From a virus (Duplodnaviria > Caudoviricetes), in the IMG/VR virus record IMGVR_UViG_3300031576_000041, positions 1-63,617 of that record: a stretch of 63,617 nt of DNA; one strand, written 5' to 3'. The notes under the pieces were generated by a model. It made no database searches, was not told the DNA's origin, and saw nothing but the letters and a program-made list of their open reading frames with translations. The translations under genes were made by a program, and so were the position numbers. Shown one piece after another: positions 58,499-63,617 of this stretch. The first letter of the stretch is position 1, and every line of letters starts with the position of its first letter.

Positions 58499-61400
58499 CG
58501 AGTTCCCGCCGACGACCCTGAGCGTCGCGCGGGCTGGCCGCCGGGAACGCCCCCTCCTGCGTTCCTGGCGGCCGTTTCTGCTGGCGGCGGCCCTGGCGGT
58601 TTTACCGGTGACCGCTGCCACAACCACCATCAAGGACATCCTCTACCGCGCCAACAACACCAAGGCCTCCGGCCTCGTGGTGATTTCCTGGGGTTCCTTC
58701 GCATGCGGTGCGCGGACAATTGCCGCCGGCCAGGTGTCCGTAAACGTGATCGCTGGGGCATTCCGCATCGACCTCGAAGCAAACGACGCCTGCACGCCGG
58801 CAGGAACCAGCTATGCTGTTCGGTACAACCTCGATGATCGTACGACGAAGTTCGAGAACTGGGTCGTGCCGACCAGCGCGACAGCAAAAACCATCGCGGA
58901 TGTTCGGGTCACGAGCGTACCGACCCCAAGCGTTCTCCTCCAACTATCGCAACTGGCTGGCTCCGGCGCGAAGGGTGGGATGCTGGCCTCAAGTGGAACG
59001 GGATGGACAAGGGTTGGCGTGGGGGCGAACAACGATGTGCTCACCGCAGATTCGACTCAAGCAACCGGGGTCAAGTGGGCGGCAGGGGGAGGCGGGACCT
59101 TCTACCAGACGTGGCAGAACACCGGAACCGCCGTTACGCAGCGGCCCACAGGGAACTTCGGCAACGGCCTTCAGGTGGTCGACAACGCCGGGTCCACGAG
59201 GACCGAGGTAAGCCCTGTTTACGGAACCGCCACCAACACCGTTGCCCAGGGGAACGATGCTCGATTTCCAGTAACAGACGAGAAGGCTGCGCTGGCCGGG
59301 ACCAGCGGGACACCGAGCGCGACCAACAGGTACGTCACCGATGGCGACGCCCGCAACACGAATGCCCGAACGCCGAGCGGCACGGCGGGCGGGGACCTGA
59401 CTGGCACATATCCGAATCCAACCCTCGTCACATCTGGGGTAACGGCTGGAACCTACACGAAGGTCACCGTGGATGCGAAAGGCCGGGCGACCACAGGGGC
59501 GACGGCGGGATCGACAGACCTCAGCGATTCGGCTTCGCTGGCGCGCAGGGATGCCTCGAACACGTTCTCCGGTACGACCACGCACGACTTTGGGGCCAGC
59601 ACGATTACGGTGGTGATCCCGAAGAAAACCGATCCCGGCACGCCGACGGCAGGTGAGTGCTGGATCAACGGTGCCGCGATCAAGTGTCGGGACAATGGTG
59701 GGACGCCGGCGACGCGCTCCGTGGTTCACGATGGTACCTCTGCCGGGGGGGACCTGACGGGGACTTACCCAAGCCCCACGCTGGTGACCAGCGGGGTTGC
59801 CGCGGGGACCTATGGGAGCGCGACCCAGTCACCGCAGATCACAGTGGATGCCAAGGGCCGCTTGACGGCGGCATCCAACGTAACAATCACGTCGTACTCG
59901 ACGGTTCAGGAAGAGGGCACATCGCTGGCACAAAGGGCGCTCCTGAACTTCGTAGGCAGTGCCCTTACTGCAGCCGACAACGTGACAAAAACCGACGTCA
60001 CGGTTGACGCCGAGGTTAATGCTTTAGCGGACCTGGCCGCGAACGGGCTTGTAACGAGAACCGGCGCGGGCGCGATAACCGCACGCTCTATAGCCGGTAC
60101 GGCCGGCAAGATCGTCGTGACCAACGGCGACGGCGTCTCTGGTAACCCATCGCTCAACACTGGCACTGACATCGTGGACGAGACGCAGGCGAACACCTAC
60201 GCGGTGGGGGCAAAGCAGACATTCCGCAATTCAGCAACCACCGCCGGCGTCAACCTAGAATCCAGCGCGGACCCATCCACGTTAAGCCAGGGAGATTTTT
60301 GGCTCAACACAGATGACGTACGGTGGCGGGGCGCAACCGTAACACAAACAGCAGAACGTCTAGCGAACAAAAACGCCGCAAGCGGATACGCTGGCCTTGA
60401 CTCGGGATCGCGCATCGCGAAGGCGCAAGCCCCAGCGGTCACAGTCTATACCGATCAGGGAAATACGTGGACTACCGGAACACAGGACTTTACGGTAGCC
60501 GGCGTTACGAGGCCGTTCCGAAGGCTTGCGTTCGCCGGCTTCCCAGGGACATGTACCATCAATCAGGACATGCTGATTCGCACGGACCCGTCAGCGGCGG
60601 GGCTTGTCCTGTACATCTGCAATTCGGCCGGCACTGGGTGGGACCTCGTAGGCGACGCCGGGTCGGGCTCCGGCATCACAACACTGAACAGCCAGACTGG
60701 GGCGGTACAAACGTTCACAAACGACACAAACGTCACAATCACCAGCGCCAGCAACGCCCATGCCCTGGGATGGGCTGGGAACCTTTCGGTGGCGCGCGGG
60801 GGAACAGGAGTAGGGACGTTGGCACTGAACGGGGTTTTGATCGGCAACGGAACCAGCAACGTAGTTGTCACGGCCGCCGGCACGGCTGACAAGGTGCTTG
60901 GTGTTCCGAACGCCGGAGGAACACCGACCTTCGATCAACTGATGATCGCGCGGGTTGGCGATCTGGATGTGGTTCGCACCAACGCAACAACGCTCACCAT
61001 TGGGACAAACTGCACCACCACATATCCGTGCAACGTGCGTTTCGGCAACACGGTCTACAGCTTCACCGGCTCGGCCACGGCGGTCATTACGGCTGGAACA
61101 GGGACCGCTTACGTGTACGTCGCCCTGGACGGTACGTTGACCGTGGGCCACAACGTTACGATCACCTGTACTGGATGCACCCAGGTCCCTGGCGTCACAG
61201 CATTTCCAGTGGATTCAATCCCGTTGTGGGCATGGGGTGCGGCGGTAGCTACCACGTGGGACGCCAACGGCGTGTCGCCAGGGAACGGGAACAGGCGCGC
61301 CTTCCTGGGTGCCAAAAACGTCATTAGCGGAACGGGCATCACCACGACAGAAAGTGCAGGGAGAACCACCGTTGCGGCTGACACCGCAGTGGTGTTCCTC

Positions 61401-61700
61401 AAGAATCAAGAGGTGGTAACCTTCTCCGCTACGCCTACATTCAACGCGGCCAATTTCAACTCTTTCAAAATGACGCTCACCGCCAACGTTACGAGCAGCA
61501 CGCTGAGCAATCAGGGGGCGGGTCAAATAGTGACGTTTCTGTTGTGCCAGGACGGGGTTGGAGGCAGAACGATGACGTGGCCGGCGAACGTAAAGGGCGG
61601 CATGACCCTGGGGGGAACGGCAAGCACCTGCTCCGCCCAGCCGATGCTTTGCGATGGCACGAACTGTTACGCTCTGGGATCAGGAGTTCAGAACCAGTAA
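58488..61700 (+). CDS. Large fibre-like protein with a signal-peptide-like N-terminus
   Basis: T/G/A-rich; AGGDLTGTYP.PTL...VDAKGR repeated at ~59385 and ~59742; C-terminal QDG.GGRT.TWP. Confidence 0.75.
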   Translation: MRRNEFPPTTLSVARAGRRERPLLRSWRPFLLAAALAVLPVTAATTTIKDILYRANNTKASGLVVISWGSFACGARTIAAGQVSVNVIAGAFRIDLEANDACTPAGTSYAVRYNLDDRTTKFENWVVPTSATAKTIADVRVTSVPTPSVLLQLSQLAGSGAKGGMLASSGTGWTRVGVGANNDVLTADSTQATGVKWAAGGGGTFYQTWQNTGTAVTQRPTGNFGNGLQVVDNAGSTRTEVSPVYGTATNTVAQGNDARFPVTDEKAALAGTSGTPSATNRYVTDGDARNTNARTPSGTAGGDLTGTYPNPTLVTSGVTAGTYTKVTVDAKGRATTGATAGSTDLSDSASLARRDASNTFSGTTTHDFGASTITVVIPKKTDPGTPTAGECWINGAAIKCRDNGGTPATRSVVHDGTSAGGDLTGTYPSPTLVTSGVAAGTYGSATQSPQITVDAKGRLTAASNVTITSYSTVQEEGTSLAQRALLNFVGSALTAADNVTKTDVTVDAEVNALADLAANGLVTRTGAGAITARSIAGTAGKIVVTNGDGVSGNPSLNTGTDIVDETQANTYAVGAKQTFRNSATTAGVNLESSADPSTLSQGDFWLNTDDVRWRGATVTQTAERLANKNAASGYAGLDSGSRIAKAQAPAVTVYTDQGNTWTTGTQDFTVAGVTRPFRRLAFAGFPGTCTINQDMLIRTDPSAAGLVLYICNSAGTGWDLVGDAGSGSGITTLNSQTGAVQTFTNDTNVTITSASNAHALGWAGNLSVARGGTGVGTLALNGVLIGNGTSNVVVTAAGTADKVLGVPNAGGTPTFDQLMIARVGDLDVVRTNATTLTIGTNCTTTYPCNVRFGNTVYSFTGSATAVITAGTGTAYVYVALDGTLTVGHNVTITCTGCTQVPGVTAFPVDSIPLWAWGAAVATTWDANGVSPGNGNRRAFLGAKNVISGTGITTTESAGRTTVAADTAVVFLKNQEVVTFSATPTFNAANFNSFKMTLTANVTSSTLSNQGAGQIVTFLLCQDGVGGRTMTWPANVKGGMTLGGTASTCSAQPMLCDGTNCYALGSGVQNQ

Positions 61701-61726
61701 AAAAAGAAAGGAAGAGGCACCGAAAC

Positions 61727-62713
61727 GTGAACACGAAAACACAGCTTAGCACCTTGGTGGTGTGCGTCGTAGCCGCTGCCGTTCTCTTGGCCCAAGACAG
61801 AGACGTTCCGGCGCGGGTTTTCGATGCAGTGACCGGTTTCCGCATTGGCGGAGCGGCCACGACTGGGCGGCATCTTCGCGGCAACGGCACAAACTATGTT
61901 CAGTCGACCGGGGCGTTTGCAGGCACGGGCTCCTGCACCAACCAGTTTCCACGAACCCTCAACGATGATGCTGTCCCAACATGTGCGGACGTAGTCCCGG
62001 CAGACTTCGCCTCACAGACGGCGAACTTTTTACTCATCGCGCCCGATGGAGCGGCTGGCGAACCAACGTTCCGGGCCATGGTCGATGCGGATATTCCCGC
62101 AGCAATAACCAGAGACACAGAGTGGCCAGGTGCGTCGGCGACACTGACGAACAAGACCATTGACGTAGAAGCCACCGGAAACGCTGTCACTACGGTGACG
62201 AAGATCAACCTTGTGGCGGCGGGCTGTAATAACGCCACGGCAGGGCCGGGATGGGACGTTCCAACCAGCAACGGCCCGACCGGGACATGCTACGGCACAT
62301 CGCCACAACGATTTGGTGGTTTGGATTTCGCCGACGGCGCATCAGCGCTAACATCGACCACGCATTTCCGTTTGCCCTCAGACTGGACCGGAGCAACCGA
62401 TGTGCAGTTTATATGGTTCTCGGGGTCCACGTCTACGAATTCGGTTGTGTGGACACTGGCGACAGCCTGTATTGCAGACGCCGAGGATTTGCTTGCCCCG
62501 ACATTCAACGCCGTCCAAACCGTAGCCGATGCCAACAACGCGACCGCCAATACGAGGAATAGCGCATCCATCGCCAGCATAACGGTAACGGGGTGCGCTG
62601 CGGGGGAGACACTGTTTGCGCGAATCGGGCGCGACCCCACCAACGCCAGCGATACGCTGGCCGCCACGGCGGCTCTGTTGGATCTGGAAATCACAATGCG
62701 GAGGCTACAGTGA
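61727..62713 (+). CDS. Exported/fibre-associated beta protein
   Basis: LVVCVVAAAVLLA|QD; PTFRA.V.ADIP; LPSDW. Confidence 0.65.
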   Translation: MNTKTQLSTLVVCVVAAAVLLAQDRDVPARVFDAVTGFRIGGAATTGRHLRGNGTNYVQSTGAFAGTGSCTNQFPRTLNDDAVPTCADVVPADFASQTANFLLIAPDGAAGEPTFRAMVDADIPAAITRDTEWPGASATLTNKTIDVEATGNAVTTVTKINLVAAGCNNATAGPGWDVPTSNGPTGTCYGTSPQRFGGLDFADGASALTSTTHFRLPSDWTGATDVQFIWFSGSTSTNSVVWTLATACIADAEDLLAPTFNAVQTVADANNATANTRNSASIASITVTGCAAGETLFARIGRDPTNASDTLAATAALLDLEITMRRLQ

Positions 62714-62715
62714 AA

Positions 62716-63048
62716 ATGACGCGTCGTGGTTTGTTGGCCCTGTTCCCGGCCATGTCCTGCGTGGGCGGGATCAAGACAGAGGACCCAGGCGTGGTCATTA
62801 CCGACTGGCGGCCGGGTTGCGTGACGTACCAAAGCGACAAGGAGGCATGGGTGATAAATGGTGTGTGTATCGCCTGCGGTGAATGTGAGGTCGGCAGCCG
62901 GAATCCAAACCTCGTGTGGACGGGGAAGCTGGTAGGGACTCCGGGCGCATGCCTGGACAGAACATTTGGGAAGCGCCGCGACGTTCCGGTTAGGCCGGAA
63001 ATCTCGGAGCATCCGCACTGCACGCTTTCGGGGAGGTACATCCGATGA
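62716..63048 (+). CDS. Small Cys-rich protein with a twin-arginine-like start
   Basis: MTRRGLL; CIACGEC. Confidence 0.55.
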   Translation: MTRRGLLALFPAMSCVGGIKTEDPGVVITDWRPGCVTYQSDKEAWVINGVCIACGECEVGSRNPNLVWTGKLVGTPGACLDRTFGKRRDVPVRPEISEHPHCTLSGRYIR

Positions 63049-63617
63049 TGCGATTACTCATTGCGGCCCTGTTTGTAATCTGTCAGGGCCAGGCAGCCAC
63101 GAGGCTTTACCTACGGGACCTTGCTCCGACAAGCAACCCAACGGCCGGTGAGAAATCAACGGCGCTACCAGTTGGCACATTCGCGGAGTGCGGCCTTGCT
63201 GAACGAGCGCTACGGACGAATAAGGGCGCGGCGCAGGTAACGGCCAGTTGCTTTTCTCTCAACCAGACTGCTCACCAAGATCTAATCTTGCAGAGATTTA
63301 GCTCGGAGGCCCTGGACCCCCAAACCATAAACGCGAACACATGGATCTTGGCGGTTGCCACAGACGAAGGGAACGGCAACGCCAACACGTTCACCATAGC
63401 ATCGGTATATGTGTGGCGGCCGTCTACCAGCGCGGTCGTTGGTTTTCTGTATGACTCGGATACCGCACTAGGGGTTGAGTGGTCCATTAGCCCCGATGGC
63501 CAGGTTCTTTCTCTTGGCGGAAGCGCCGTCACCGTCACCAAGGACGACATACTTGTGATTTCATTCTGGTTTCATGCGGTGCAGGGCATGGCGGTGAATT
63601 ATGAAAACCGCCTGCAT
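63045..63617 (+). CDS. 5' part of the origin-spanning gene (signal peptide)
   Basis: GGAGG RBS; MMRLLIAALFVICQGQA; no stop to the window end; in frame with 65..4006. Confidence 0.75.
   Translation, partial: MMRLLIAALFVICQGQAATRLYLRDLAPTSNPTAGEKSTALPVGTFAECGLAERALRTNKGAAQVTASCFSLNQTAHQDLILQRFSSEALDPQTINANTWILAVATDEGNGNANTFTIASVYVWRPSTSAVVGFLYDSDTALGVEWSISPDGQVLSLGGSAVTVTKDDILVISFWFHAVQGMAVNYENRLH
63491..63617. repeat. Terminal direct repeat, right copy
   Basis: Identical to 1-127. Confidence 0.97.

Noticed and set aside
59385-59861. Diversity-generating retroelement template/variable repeat pair in the fibre gene
   Set aside because: In-frame protein repeats with mostly synonymous divergence; no reverse transcriptase in the genome

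Overview
Complete, circular tailed-phage genome of about 63,490 bp: bases 1-127 are repeated exactly at 63491-63617 and one ORF reads through the junction. It is GC-rich and siphovirus-like. Several proteins resemble those of Acidobacteria (Bryobacteraceae-like), but the host is an inference. Layout: neck/tail module on + (6.2-22.1 kb); a double-intein metallophosphoesterase, dNMP kinase and frameshifted ParB-DNA methyltransferase (22-27 kb); head module, RNA ligase, lysis-like genes and terminase on - (27-44 kb); early/replication genes on + (45-58 kb: Ycf46-like AAA module, FliA-like sigma factor, RecT, exonuclease, DnaB, RusA, initiator with iterons); and large signal-peptide-bearing fibre-like genes across the origin (58.5 kb to 4.0 kb). 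There are four tRNA or tRNA-like genes. I recognised no integrase or repressor. The strongest candidate novel system is at 51991-53337: a lone RAMP/Cas7-like gene followed directly by a ~170-nt non-coding array of GGY-NN pentamers with a terminal hairpin, and then a small partner gene. This looks like a VIPR-type RNA-guided module inserted between recT and the exonuclease. Other notable signals: an AAA+ ATPase with Walker B before Walker A, two sister inteins 21 aa apart, a 50-bp perfect inverted repeat around an opposite-strand cassette between the lysis-like genes, and tRNAs whose anticodon conflicts with their body. All family calls come from motif reading by eye; no database searches were run.
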